A DNA stretch of 64,000 nt. It comes from a virus. The position numbers and the translations under genes were made by a program. The stretch covers positions 32,001-96,000 of IMG/VR virus record IMGVR_UViG_3300032820_000001; one strand, 5' to 3'. The notes under the pieces were generated by a model. That model worked only from the letters and a program-made list of their open reading frames with translations, was not told the origin of the DNA and did no database searches. Below, in pieces: positions 26,736 through 35,972 of the stretch; within the stretch, counting starts at the first letter, position 1, and each line of letters starts with the position of its first letter.

Positions 26736-29700
26736 ACCTCAACTCTCCCGAATGTTTAAATGTACAATCAAGAGTTGTAGTCCATGAACCGTTTTCTACG
26801 CGGTTGGTGATATTAACTATAGTAAAATATCCAGGCAATCCCAGCTTAAGCAAATTTGCATGGGTGCCGTGGGATGTTGGTTTGATATATACTTCCTGTG
26901 TGGCGCAAAAGAATGGAGTTCCATATAAAGTTACAGTAGCATTGTAAATCCTTGGGATGGCCTTGGGGCCAGTCTTTATATCGAGCATTGCCTGCATCGT
27001 GTTGTAGGTTTCAAACTCGCTCCAAGTGACAGCATTCATCTTTATGTCCTTTACCACGCCTGCATCTTGGCCAGAGTGGAGATGATATATACCATCCCTG
27101 ACATCGCGGCGGTAATCTCTCGTGTTGTTGCCATAATAGCGGTTAATATTTGTTTCCTGTGCAAAAATAAACAGGTAGTCTTTCTGCGGTGCTGTATTAC
27201 TCTCTCGGTGATCTTCATTTTGAGTGAGGGGGAGGGACGCCTTTGTTGAAGACGCCTGTGGGTTTGCTAAATCCTCCACATATAACAATTCGCCACGTTT
27301 GCGTTTCGTGACGGGGCCATTCTCTTCAACGAAGCCAAACGCATCTGGCTTGGCAGCGTCTTCAGAAACATGAGCTGAATAAGCGGTGGTTATAATATTT
27401 TTGCGTTGGGCTGGTAACATCAAGTCTGGGCTTTGTTCCTCTAGGGCAGAGACAATAAGACTATTGATACTCTCAGAAATAAATCTTTTAAGGGGGTAGG
27501 TGAAGAGGCTTTTGTTGACCACCTTCTCACTCCACCAACGCTGAAATAGTCTAAATGAAATTGGGATGTCGGCAATGTTCACAACATGGCGGGTCAGCAA
27601 GTCGTTGCTGCAGGGCTCTTTCTCCTGAGTATACGCCTCTGTTTGGGTCGCGGGGTCGGCAACTGGTCCAGATAATTCAGTGGTAACGCTTGCTTCCTCA
27701 AATTTCGGCTTGGGGTCATAATATTTGATTTCAACGCCAGCTGCAAGTTCTTCCTCTTCGGTCTCAGGTAAGGGTTCTTCTGGGAGAAGGGCTGGCATAC
27801 CCTCAAGGCCCTCGGATTTCCAGTATTCTTTTTCTTCCTCGGATAATTCTGCTGTCGGCTTCTTTTCATTTTTGGTGTCGGCAACAACAAGGGCCTCACT
27901 TTCTGGATCTTTGCTTTTGCTCTTAGTTCCTTTATATTCGTGACACTCGGAAGCTGTGTTATATCTGTCCCTTAGAATAACCTGTCCAGTTCCCTCGTCA
28001 ACCCCCACGGTGGATTGGGGATTCTCATTAGGAGAAACGCCTCGGATGATTGTCATCGGACCCAAGACAGTTCTTAATTCAAGAGAGCTATCGTTATTAT
28101 CTGAAGTGAATTGCTCGTCAAGAACTACCTCTAGGAGATCCCCGTAAAAAAAATAAGGTATCTTGTATCCCTCTTTGCTAAAAAATGGACAACAATAATC
28201 AGCTGAACCGAAGGTTTTTTGGAAATCTATGTGTTGGGCTCCGCGAGTTACATCGCAAGGATTAACTTGTACCGCCTTAATACGGTTTTCTGTGATGAGT
28301 TTGTCAACCACCGTGGCGTAGAGGGCCTTCTTCTGTAATTTCGCGGTCATATATTTTTCAAACTCTTGTGCTGTCAGATCTGGCTTGGCTCTTGCGCTCA
28401 GATCTCGAATTCTTTTTGTAAGTGTGGGGAGGTCTTCACTCTCCAACCTCTCAGTATCAATCTCTCCCGGTTCGATTGTTTTATTGGCGTACTGTTGTGC
28501 TCTAGCTACTCTGGTTACGAGATCTTTATATGTTACGATATCAGCGGCGCGTTGGACCAAAAGCTGTTGGCGCTCTGCCATCATTTCTTTGGTAAGTTTG
28601 TCTGCCAAAATATTGGCTCGGCGCGGGTCGTTGGTGGTGGCATCAACTGAACTTTGGAAATCTAAGTCCACAAAAAGGCTCCCATCATCGTTTAGAGAGA
28701 TGGTGTGCAGGCTCGTCATCATCTTTAATTTAACTTTTAACTTTTCTACTCGGTCGGCCAGTTCCGAATGATCTCGCCAGATATCGCTTTTTCTATCAAT
28801 CGCGTATTCGACAACTACTTGGTTCTCAAGGTTGTGAGGTGAAAAAATTACGTTGCCGGCTGTTGCTTGCGACTTTATCTCCTCCGATGCTTCTCTGGGC
28901 CAGAAAATATCAGAGAAACTATAGGTGTGTCCAGCATCGTTAGTTCTCTCTTTCAAAAGCTCATCCACACTCTGGGCCCTTATTCTCATTTTGGTGCGAA
29001 CGTATCTCTTAGCCTCCTCCACGTTCAGGTTGCCTGAGATAACCCAATCAAAACTCATGAGGCCGACGCCCGTACTTGTCCCAAGGTTCGTTCCAGAAGT
29101 AAGGCCAGCTTCATCGGGGAATTGCTCAAATTCATATTCCGCCATTACAGTTTCTTTCTTTCCATCGCGGCCTTTTCTGTCGACAGGCTTGTACACTCTC
29201 ACTCTTGGGATCATTGCCGATAAATGAATTGGCTTTAAGTCCTCAAAGATATAAGACATGTCACTTCGTGAAGTAATTAAGTTTCCAAGATCTCGCATGT
29301 GCGCTCCATCTTTAAGATCCAAAGTGGCAAAGCGCCTGTACAGGTCGGAGCCTCTCTCTTTGCGCTCATCTTTGCCGTGTTGCATCACGTCAACTAGGTG
29401 CCATAAAAGAATCCCTTGCTCACTTAGAGTTCGTTGATTTTCGATGGAGTCATTCTGGGCCCTCACTCTGGCTTCTTGGGCCTCGGCGGATTGGGATTTG
29501 TCAGCGTCGTAACCCTCGTCGCTCTTACGCTTCCTTTCCGGGTCGATATAGTAGTCAAAGTAGAAGGCTCGTAAAAACTTTTGATCAGATTCGTTCTGAA
29601 CTCCTGTTGAATCCTCCACAGGGGTGGTATCTGAGGATATGAGATTTCCGGCGGAATTGGTAGCTACATTTTCTTGGACACTCTGGCCCGTCGTTTTATC

Positions 29701-30417
29701 TTCGAGATATTGAGTCTTATTCGCAGACTTTGCTAAGATTTCGGAAATTTTGTCAGCCACTACTTCGACGGGATCGGGATATTCCAGGGCGGAGGAGAAC
29801 ATTTGAGAATCTTTGGTTCGGTTAAAAGAGGAAATTTTAAAAAGAATATCCCAAGGGCGATTGGTGTTAGATATATAGTCCAGCTGTGGATCGGTAAACC
29901 TACTACCCCCAATAACCTCGTAGAAACCAGCGGGCCAGCGATTGTTGCCCTTCGATATGTTGCCCTCTTGGCCGGGGGGATTTTCATCTACAAGCTCTTC
30001 ACCCAGATAATAAAGGCGGATAGTGAAATAATCTTCGCCACGGCCACCTGACTTCGTAAAAGTAAAGGGAACTCGATAGCCAAAATCGAATTCGTGGCCC
30101 CCTGAAGTTATTCCTGGGCCCAAGAAGCCTCTATCGTTAAAGTCCGAGGGGAAGGGCCGTGGCCACGAAAGAGTCTCACCGGGCTGACGCCTGTTTGTTG
30201 GTGCAAAGTCATCCCAGAGGGGTCTGTCCACGCCAGGGAAAAGGTCTCGATTGGGGTACATTTTCGTTTTGTCCCAAAAAGCTTTTGCTGCGATTAGAAA
30301 TAGTGCTTGATTTGTATTGATCGCTGTGTTGCGCAACACATTTTTGCCATCATCCGCCAGCTTTCCTTTGAAAAGATTCTGTCGTAATTCTTTTTTAAGT
30401 TCGGGAGAGTAAGTCAT
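26716..30417 (-). CDS. baseplate hub-like protein
   Basis: 1233 aa; C-terminal YNATVTLYGTPFF...GYFTIVNITNRVENGSWTTTLDC resembles gp27/VgrG-type hubs; position next to LysM and TMP genes. Confidence 0.6.
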   Translation of the reverse strand: MTYSPELKKELRQNLFKGKLADDGKNVLRNTAINTNQALFLIAAKAFWDKTKMYPNRDLFPGVDRPLWDDFAPTNRRQPGETLSWPRPFPSDFNDRGFLGPGITSGGHEFDFGYRVPFTFTKSGGRGEDYFTIRLYYLGEELVDENPPGQEGNISKGNNRWPAGFYEVIGGSRFTDPQLDYISNTNRPWDILFKISSFNRTKDSQMFSSALEYPDPVEVVADKISEILAKSANKTQYLEDKTTGQSVQENVATNSAGNLISSDTTPVEDSTGVQNESDQKFLRAFYFDYYIDPERKRKSDEGYDADKSQSAEAQEARVRAQNDSIENQRTLSEQGILLWHLVDVMQHGKDERKERGSDLYRRFATLDLKDGAHMRDLGNLITSRSDMSYIFEDLKPIHLSAMIPRVRVYKPVDRKGRDGKKETVMAEYEFEQFPDEAGLTSGTNLGTSTGVGLMSFDWVISGNLNVEEAKRYVRTKMRIRAQSVDELLKERTNDAGHTYSFSDIFWPREASEEIKSQATAGNVIFSPHNLENQVVVEYAIDRKSDIWRDHSELADRVEKLKVKLKMMTSLHTISLNDDGSLFVDLDFQSSVDATTNDPRRANILADKLTKEMMAERQQLLVQRAADIVTYKDLVTRVARAQQYANKTIEPGEIDTERLESEDLPTLTKRIRDLSARAKPDLTAQEFEKYMTAKLQKKALYATVVDKLITENRIKAVQVNPCDVTRGAQHIDFQKTFGSADYCCPFFSKEGYKIPYFFYGDLLEVVLDEQFTSDNNDSSLELRTVLGPMTIIRGVSPNENPQSTVGVDEGTGQVILRDRYNTASECHEYKGTKSKSKDPESEALVVADTKNEKKPTAELSEEEKEYWKSEGLEGMPALLPEEPLPETEEEELAAGVEIKYYDPKPKFEEASVTTELSGPVADPATQTEAYTQEKEPCSNDLLTRHVVNIADIPISFRLFQRWWSEKVVNKSLFTYPLKRFISESINSLIVSALEEQSPDLMLPAQRKNIITTAYSAHVSEDAAKPDAFGFVEENGPVTKRKRGELLYVEDLANPQASSTKASLPLTQNEDHRESNTAPQKDYLFIFAQETNINRYYGNNTRDYRRDVRDGIYHLHSGQDAGVVKDIKMNAVTWSEFETYNTMQAMLDIKTGPKAIPRIYNATVTLYGTPFFCATQEVYIKPTSHGTHANLLKLGLPGYFTIVNITNRVENGSWTTTLDCTFKHSGELRCDDAPN

Positions 30418-30427
30418 ATCTGTCTCC

Positions 30428-30769
30428 CTACATCCTTAACAGGCCATAGACCTTATCCAGTGGCTTGGGAATATAAAGGGCGTCTCCAACGGAAATGTGA
30501 CCTTCGGTGGGCTTGCCGTTATACCATGCAATGATCCACCACAACTCTGGTTTTCCGTAGTGTTCATCGGCCAATTTGTAGAGTCTGTCACCAGTTCCCC
30601 AAATGTGCATGATGTTGTTGAACGTTCCTACCTCTTCGATATCTGGTTGTCTTTTCCTGTTTGTTTTATACTGAATTAAACCCTGCGTAACACCGCGAGC
30701 TTTGCGGAGCTTGCGATATAACATTGAGTTATTAAATTTTGTTTGTGATGATTTATATCTGCCTGACAT
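30428..30769 (-). CDS. LysM-like baseplate protein (gp53 / P2 gpX-like)
   Basis: GDRLYKLADEHYGKPELWWIIAWYN...VGDALYIP. Confidence 0.8.
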   Translation of the reverse strand: MSGRYKSSQTKFNNSMLYRKLRKARGVTQGLIQYKTNRKRQPDIEEVGTFNNIMHIWGTGDRLYKLADEHYGKPELWWIIAWYNGKPTEGHISVGDALYIPKPLDKVYGLLRM

Positions 30770-31540
30770 CTATCGTCCTCCCTTCTTTTTTGGCTCGTCT
30801 GCGTTTCTGGGAAAGGATGGGCCTATGTCTTCGTTGCCGGCGTTGGTGAGGAACTTTCCTCTTTGGCCATCGCTCCAACCCAATGGGTGATCGTGAGCTA
30901 CATAAAATCCAAAAGCCAATTTAATGGTTTGGGGATATAAAATTCCTGGTGCTGGGTCAAAGAACCCCTGTTCAATGTCCGGGGAATATGTGAGACCGTC
31001 GATGGTTCCGATAAGGCCAGAAGCAATTCCGGAGCCTTGGGCATTATAGCGCGCACTCTGTATAAGGTTGCCAAATTTTAACCTGAAGAGTGGGGCACCC
31101 ATGATGGTTGATGCGTTGTTTTGTGTGGTGAGGCTCTTTTGGGTTGTGACATTTTTTTGGGCGGATTCTTGTTGCTTACCACCGGGGGCTGCAGGGATGG
31201 TTGAGGGCGTTTGATCATAAGATGGGTAAAGCATAGAAAGAAGCGTCGAGCAGTTCTTCAGATTGTGGTGAGCTTCTTCGATGCCGTCAGCGACGACATC
31301 CCAGCCCAACGATATAATTCGTTGAGTGCCCCTGAAACTTCTAATTGGATCCATTCGCCCGAAAGTTCTCTCGGTGTTCCACTCGGAGGAAAACTGATCT
31401 TCAAACTGAGTTATGAACGCTTTAAATTGTACTTCGGCTCCGGAGGGGATGTGTTGGATGTGAATATAATATTGACCATGATTGAAGATGGCCTTTTCTG
31501 TATCGTTTCCCACTTTTAAGATTGGTTTTTTGTCGGCCAT
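30770..31540 (-). CDS. tail tube initiator / baseplate protein
   Basis: FSSEWNTERTFGRMDPIRSFRGTQRIISLGW; located between TMP and LysM genes. Confidence 0.6.
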   Translation of the reverse strand: MADKKPILKVGNDTEKAIFNHGQYYIHIQHIPSGAEVQFKAFITQFEDQFSSEWNTERTFGRMDPIRSFRGTQRIISLGWDVVADGIEEAHHNLKNCSTLLSMLYPSYDQTPSTIPAAPGGKQQESAQKNVTTQKSLTTQNNASTIMGAPLFRLKFGNLIQSARYNAQGSGIASGLIGTIDGLTYSPDIEQGFFDPAPGILYPQTIKLAFGFYVAHDHPLGWSDGQRGKFLTNAGNEDIGPSFPRNADEPKKKGGR

Positions 31541-31565
31541 TTTAAATTATTAACTCCTTTGTTGT

Positions 31566-33791
31566 TTAGTATGGTGAAAGTGAATCTTGAAGAATTGATA
31601 TCGGAGCTGGATTGCTTTGCGATGCAAATCCTTTTTTGTTAACTTCTGCTAAGTTGTTAACGGCTTGGGCAATTTGCATTCCATTCTCGGCTGTAATCTT
31701 GGCCAAAACTTGAGTGTCGCCATCCAAGTTGGTGCCGGTCATCTTATCAAGGTATGCCCCAAGCTTACCCATGTAGGCACCACCGTAAGCGGCGCCGGCT
31801 ACAGCGCCCGCAGGGGCAAGTACTGGGGCGGCGGCCATGGTGAGGCCGCCCGCAGCAAATCCTGCAGCGCCTCCGCCGATGCTGCCGATTGATTGAAGAG
31901 TCGCCTCCCACTTTCCAATCTTCCCCGTCACTAACTGTAGGCCACTTGCAGCAACAGTCACAGCGGCACCCACTGCTGGTAGGCGTTTAAGTGCCGCCAA
32001 TGCTTTGGGACTGTTTTTGAGGAGCCCGGTGGATGCGCTCGCCAAAGCTTTGTCGCGGGCCGGATTAAAAAGGGCCTTCTTTAGCCATGGGGCATATCCA
32101 AGGGCAGTGCCAGTGGCAAGCGCACCGCCAACGTTCCCGCCCATTTCTTGGGCCTGTTGAAAAACGCCCTTGGGGCCTATGCCGGCCTTTTTTCTGGCCA
32201 GTGTTTCGGCTGCGGTTGTTCCTGCGCCTCCGGCGCCGACACCTAAGCCAGTGGCGTTGCCCTTTATCCAATTATCCACAAGTTTGCCCAAATCTTTAGC
32301 TATTACACCAAACCACTTCCCAACAAAAAACTTTAAGATATTAAAGATTTTCTCCAACATCTTCGATGATTTAAGGGCAATCGACTTCTCATCCATTTTT
32401 CCCTCTTCGAGCTTCTTCTTGATGGTGCTGGTGTCTATTTTTCCCGTCAGCATCTTCTTGAAGGTGGGTGCGTCGACGCCCATATGTTTGGCCATCATAT
32501 CTAACTCTGCTCCGGCCACTTGTGAAATATCTTTTCCCGCAAGTTTGTAAATTCTCCTCACCTCCATGAGTGGAGCGAGAGGATCTTCAAAAGCCTTTTC
32601 CATAAATCTCATAGGATCAGCCAATCCTTGGCCAACGATTGAATTTAACTTGCTCGCAAAATCGGCAGCACCTGAAATTGTTTTTAATGAATCATTAAAC
32701 CCAAGAATCGTATCAGTCGATACAGATAGTTGAGCGGATGCAATCGCAACGTTGCTAAAATTGTCTTTAAGCTGCCCGGCATAAAGAGAAAGTCGAGGCA
32801 TCGCTTGCTGGAATGCAGCAAGCATTTCACCTGGAGGTTTTTTCATGGCGAGACCAAGTTCCATCATATCCCTCTGAATATCTCTTGCCTGCAATGGAGC
32901 CTCTCCGAATGCCTTTACCAAGTCTGTGAAGCTTTGGGCTGCCGAATCAGTGGAAACTCCGAACCGCTCCCACAAAGCAAAGGATTCTGCGATGCCCTGA
33001 GTGAAGCCCTGAAGCTGGTTTGTCGGGAAGGCTCGCTCAAGAGACGTAAGCGCGTTTGTTATTTGGGCTCCATAGGGGAGCAGGCGGATCATAGATTGTT
33101 GTAGCTGTTCGGTCATCTCGGCGCCGCGACCAGTTACCCGATTATAATCGGCCACCACGTCCTCCGTGGCGGAAAAGGCAAATGCAATTCCTGCAGCTGC
33201 ACCTTGCATGGCCTTTTTTCCTGCTGCCATCGCTACATTCTGCACATTGATGGTTTTGGCAACTTCGGCTCTGGCTTTTATGGCCTCTTCGGAGTTTGAG
33301 GACATAGCTTTGCTGGCCAGCTTTATCTTGTCTATGTAGCTGTCTTGAATACCAATGAGGCCGGTGAGATCGCGGGCAAGGTCATTATATGCGCCGATGC
33401 TTGCTTGCATCCCCTTGTTTTCTTTTTCGCGTTCTTTGTTTATTCTCTTAATTTCTTTACGAAGGTTTTTAAGAGCATCAGCGTGATCCTGTCCCTTATC
33501 CTCTAAGGATTCATAAAGATCAACCTGCGCTTCCATGATCGCAATGTTAGCTTTTTCTTGTTCTTCTACACTCGCATTCAGATCCAGCTCGTCGCGGCGT
33601 TGCTGCAATCTTCTCCACATCGCGGCTTCTTGCTTTTCTTGCATCTTATCAAAATCACCGGGGGATGAGGGTGAGGGTGAGGGCGTTGGCGGTGTAGGTC
33701 CAGGCGAAGGGGTGCCTTGGGCCGTTATCGTGGTCCTGAGCGCATTTAGAGCGGCAATAAGAGCTGCGGAGTTGAAATTAGGGGGTGGCAT
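31566..33791 (-). CDS. tape measure protein
   Basis: 741 aa, Ala/Gly-rich and helical, downstream of tube and chaperone genes. Confidence 0.75.
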   Translation of the reverse strand: MPPPNFNSAALIAALNALRTTITAQGTPSPGPTPPTPSPSPSSPGDFDKMQEKQEAAMWRRLQQRRDELDLNASVEEQEKANIAIMEAQVDLYESLEDKGQDHADALKNLRKEIKRINKEREKENKGMQASIGAYNDLARDLTGLIGIQDSYIDKIKLASKAMSSNSEEAIKARAEVAKTINVQNVAMAAGKKAMQGAAAGIAFAFSATEDVVADYNRVTGRGAEMTEQLQQSMIRLLPYGAQITNALTSLERAFPTNQLQGFTQGIAESFALWERFGVSTDSAAQSFTDLVKAFGEAPLQARDIQRDMMELGLAMKKPPGEMLAAFQQAMPRLSLYAGQLKDNFSNVAIASAQLSVSTDTILGFNDSLKTISGAADFASKLNSIVGQGLADPMRFMEKAFEDPLAPLMEVRRIYKLAGKDISQVAGAELDMMAKHMGVDAPTFKKMLTGKIDTSTIKKKLEEGKMDEKSIALKSSKMLEKIFNILKFFVGKWFGVIAKDLGKLVDNWIKGNATGLGVGAGGAGTTAAETLARKKAGIGPKGVFQQAQEMGGNVGGALATGTALGYAPWLKKALFNPARDKALASASTGLLKNSPKALAALKRLPAVGAAVTVAASGLQLVTGKIGKWEATLQSIGSIGGGAAGFAAGGLTMAAAPVLAPAGAVAGAAYGGAYMGKLGAYLDKMTGTNLDGDTQVLAKITAENGMQIAQAVNNLAEVNKKGFASQSNPAPISILQDSLSPY

Positions 33792-33803
33792 TTAACTTTA
33801 CCT

Positions 33804-34139
33804 CTATCTAAACGGCCATTTAATGCCAGTGGTTCTCTCAAACTTGCTAACCGCAGAATTTAATGAATACTTACTTCTATATGTCTGAGGATTATCAAGT
33901 CCATATTTCTTGTACTTGGTTAAATAGTCTTTTTCTTTTCCCAAAACTTTTGAGAAATCGCGGACTTGAGATTGAGTTCCTTTAACTGTTACGGGAATGC
34001 TAGTTCCGCCAAACATGGAGCCCATGATCTTTTCAATTGCCCAGCCAAAAGTTCTAAACCAACTCTCGTCGAGTTCGCCATTGGCCATTGCATTTAAATC
34101 AATCTCAATTTCTTGCAATTCGCCTGTTGTATCGTTCAT
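33804..34139 (-). CDS. hypothetical protein
   Basis: 111 aa; GGAGGA SD; late motif at 34174-34181. Confidence 0.75.
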   Translation of the reverse strand: MNDTTGELQEIEIDLNAMANGELDESWFRTFGWAIEKIMGSMFGGTSIPVTVKGTQSQVRDFSKVLGKEKDYLTKYKKYGLDNPQTYRSKYSLNSAVSKFERTTGIKWPFR

Positions 34140-34187
34140 GTTCTTTCCTCCATAAGAAGTTGTATTTCCTTAGTAAATAGTTCAAAT

Positions 34188-34222
34188 AAAAAAATAGAGA
34201 GAATGTATAAAGTCCTCTCTAT
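34188..34222 (-). terminator. intrinsic terminator after the chaperone extension
   Basis: ATAGAGAG/CTCTCTAT stem followed by a T-run on the minus strand. Confidence 0.55.
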
Positions 34223-34414
34223 CTTCTTCCGCGAGAACTGGATGCTCTGTTCTCGGATTCTCTTTCTTTTTGTTCTATGAGTCGCTTAATAAACCACCTT
34301 CGAATTGTAATTGGGAGAGTGTAAGCCTCTGCAAATGACCAATTCCCATGGTATTTTAATACAAATAATTCTTCGTATACTGATTCAATATAATTATTAT
34401 CGAGGCCAAAAAAA
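34219..34414 (-). CDS. tail assembly chaperone C-terminal extension (probable frameshift product)
   Basis: FFGLDNNYIESVYEELFVLKYHGNWSFAEAYTLPITIRRWF; no ATG of its own; overlaps the chaperone end at a T7 run. Confidence 0.65.
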
Positions 34415-35278
34415 CTCGTAATTGACAGGAACCTCCAGGTCCTGTCGCTCGCCACACTTAGAACATTGAAATTTTTGAGTCATATCAATGTTGGGGGTTA
34501 ATTCAGCATATACGCCGCGCAAATACTTGGAGTCCAGCGCGGGCATAATGTCTACAAAGTTAGAAATTTGTGATCGGTCTTTGATGCCATTGGCTCCGAT
34601 GATAATCATTTTAAGAGTATCGGTTAGAGCAGTGGATGCGTGACCCTGCTTCTCTTTTCGTTTTTGGAAGGCTTCCAGTTTCTCCTCGTCAGCACCCGTC
34701 ATCAGCCTGATCTCTACGTCGGTCTCACTCTTGGGAAGTGTCACAATAAAGGTGCCGTCATCAGTAACTTGGATATCTTCGAGTTCTCCATTGAGCTCTT
34801 CTGCACTAAAGGAGGCACCAACAGTCGACTTTTCATCCAAGTCAAAGGAGAAGTCCTGCTCTGTATTGCAAGAGGGGCACTCCACTTTCGTCAGATAGTC
34901 GGCCCCATAGCCAGCTACACGAGCTGCCACAGTGAGGGCGTTCCTGTCTCCCGTAAGGAGGTCTTTAACATTAATTTCTTCGTCCACGATGAGGCTCTGA
35001 AGCATTCTATCAACAGCAACACCTTTCTGGATAAGGGAAACTGATGCTAGGATGTCTTCTTCCTTTGCGGTCATGTGGCGCATTTCTACCGATTCAACGC
35101 CGCTGAGTGCATGGTTGGCCGGATAATACAATCCGCGTGAAGGAAGATCCACAAATTCAGTGGGAACTGTGAAACTTAATCCTTGTGCGGGTGGTGGCGT
35201 GGTGTTTTCTTCCACGTCAGGAGCAGAGGCTTTGGGGGTTTTTGTCCCCGTCCTCGCTCGATTATTTCTTGATGACAT
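34397..35278 (-). CDS. tail assembly chaperone / baseplate hub assembly protein (T4 gp26-like)
   Basis: VDLPSRGLYY, MTAKEEDIL, LLTGDRNAL...ARV.GYG, CPSC and CSKC, ends FFWPR. Confidence 0.75.
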   Translation of the reverse strand: MSSRNNRARTGTKTPKASAPDVEENTTPPPAQGLSFTVPTEFVDLPSRGLYYPANHALSGVESVEMRHMTAKEEDILASVSLIQKGVAVDRMLQSLIVDEEINVKDLLTGDRNALTVAARVAGYGADYLTKVECPSCNTEQDFSFDLDEKSTVGASFSAEELNGELEDIQVTDDGTFIVTLPKSETDVEIRLMTGADEEKLEAFQKRKEKQGHASTALTDTLKMIIIGANGIKDRSQISNFVDIMPALDSKYLRGVYAELTPNIDMTQKFQCSKCGERQDLEVPVNYEFFWPR

Positions 35279-35306
35279 TAATCACCTCTTTCTTTCTCTG
35301 GTGTTA

Positions 35307-35918
35307 TTATAAAGTGGTATCACCTTGCGGTTTGAAAAATGGTGTTCCGCCGCCCAATCCGTTTTGGGGGGTTGAAAGTTCGGCGTAATCATATCTCAAT
35401 ACAAGCTCAATGGTACTCAACTCGTCCGATTCATAATCAAGCATGCTGAAATTTACTGATTGGATCCATGCACTCTTCAAAACCCATTGCTCAAGTTTGG
35501 TATTGGTATTCTCGCCAATTTGAGTAATTGTCACAGTACCCATGGCGGCGATGGCGTCCGACTTATTGACGGTTGTGATACCCTCAGTTGCAGTTGTAGC
35601 ATTGCCTGGAATTCTATACCCCGAATTTTGGAGTATTTTGGCAGTTGCAGCAGCGGCATCCGGGTTGACCGGATCAACAAGTGTAATTGTAACAGTTTCC
35701 CACTCCACACGACCTGGGTAGTGGAAGGTGTGGTTAATATATTTATGTGCTGTCTCAGTGATAGAGAATTTTGGCTTGTCCGCTTTAGACGCGTACCAAC
35801 TTGCGTTTTGGGGGAAGCCTTCTTCACCGACGAGACCGGAGGCGATGTCCACAAGAAATCTATATGCCCGTTTAGGGTCTTGACCTTTAGGGTTTGTCCA
35901 AAAATTCTGGTTTGTCAT
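35307..35918 (-). CDS. tail tube protein (gp19-like)
   Basis: KRAYRF, KPKF, YPGRVEWETVTITLVDP, W.LKSAWI, LDYES, LRYDYA; follows the sheath gene. Confidence 0.85.
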   Translation of the reverse strand: MTNQNFWTNPKGQDPKRAYRFLVDIASGLVGEEGFPQNASWYASKADKPKFSITETAHKYINHTFHYPGRVEWETVTITLVDPVNPDAAAATAKILQNSGYRIPGNATTATEGITTVNKSDAIAAMGTVTITQIGENTNTKLEQWVLKSAWIQSVNFSMLDYESDELSTIELVLRYDYAELSTPQNGLGGGTPFFKPQGDTTL

Positions 35919-35952
35919 TTGTTATTTCTCCTTATGAATCAATCTTCACAGA

Positions 35953-35960
35953 TAAGTAGT
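35953..35960 (-). promoter_or_regulatory. late-promoter-like ACTACTTA upstream of tail tube gene
   Basis: intergenic copy of the recurring motif. Confidence 0.55.
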
Positions 35961-35972
35961 GCCTTTATTCCT

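Noticed and set aside
30428-31540. In-frame TAG-ATG junction suggesting readthrough fusing the tube initiator to LysM, or TAG recoding
   Set aside because: The downstream gene has its own GGAGGA SD. Other TAG-ending genes show no in-frame continuation, and long ORFs are intact in code 11.
33921-33928. Intragenic late-motif copies (also 62738-62745, 40262-40269)
   Set aside because: They fall in coding sequence (DYL/NYL/IYL codons) and can arise by chance in AT-rich DNA.
34415-34455. Annotated ATG start of the 78-aa ORF inside the chaperone gene
   Set aside because: There is no clear SD and the added residues look like an out-of-frame reading. A frameshift explains the ORF better, though this is not excluded.
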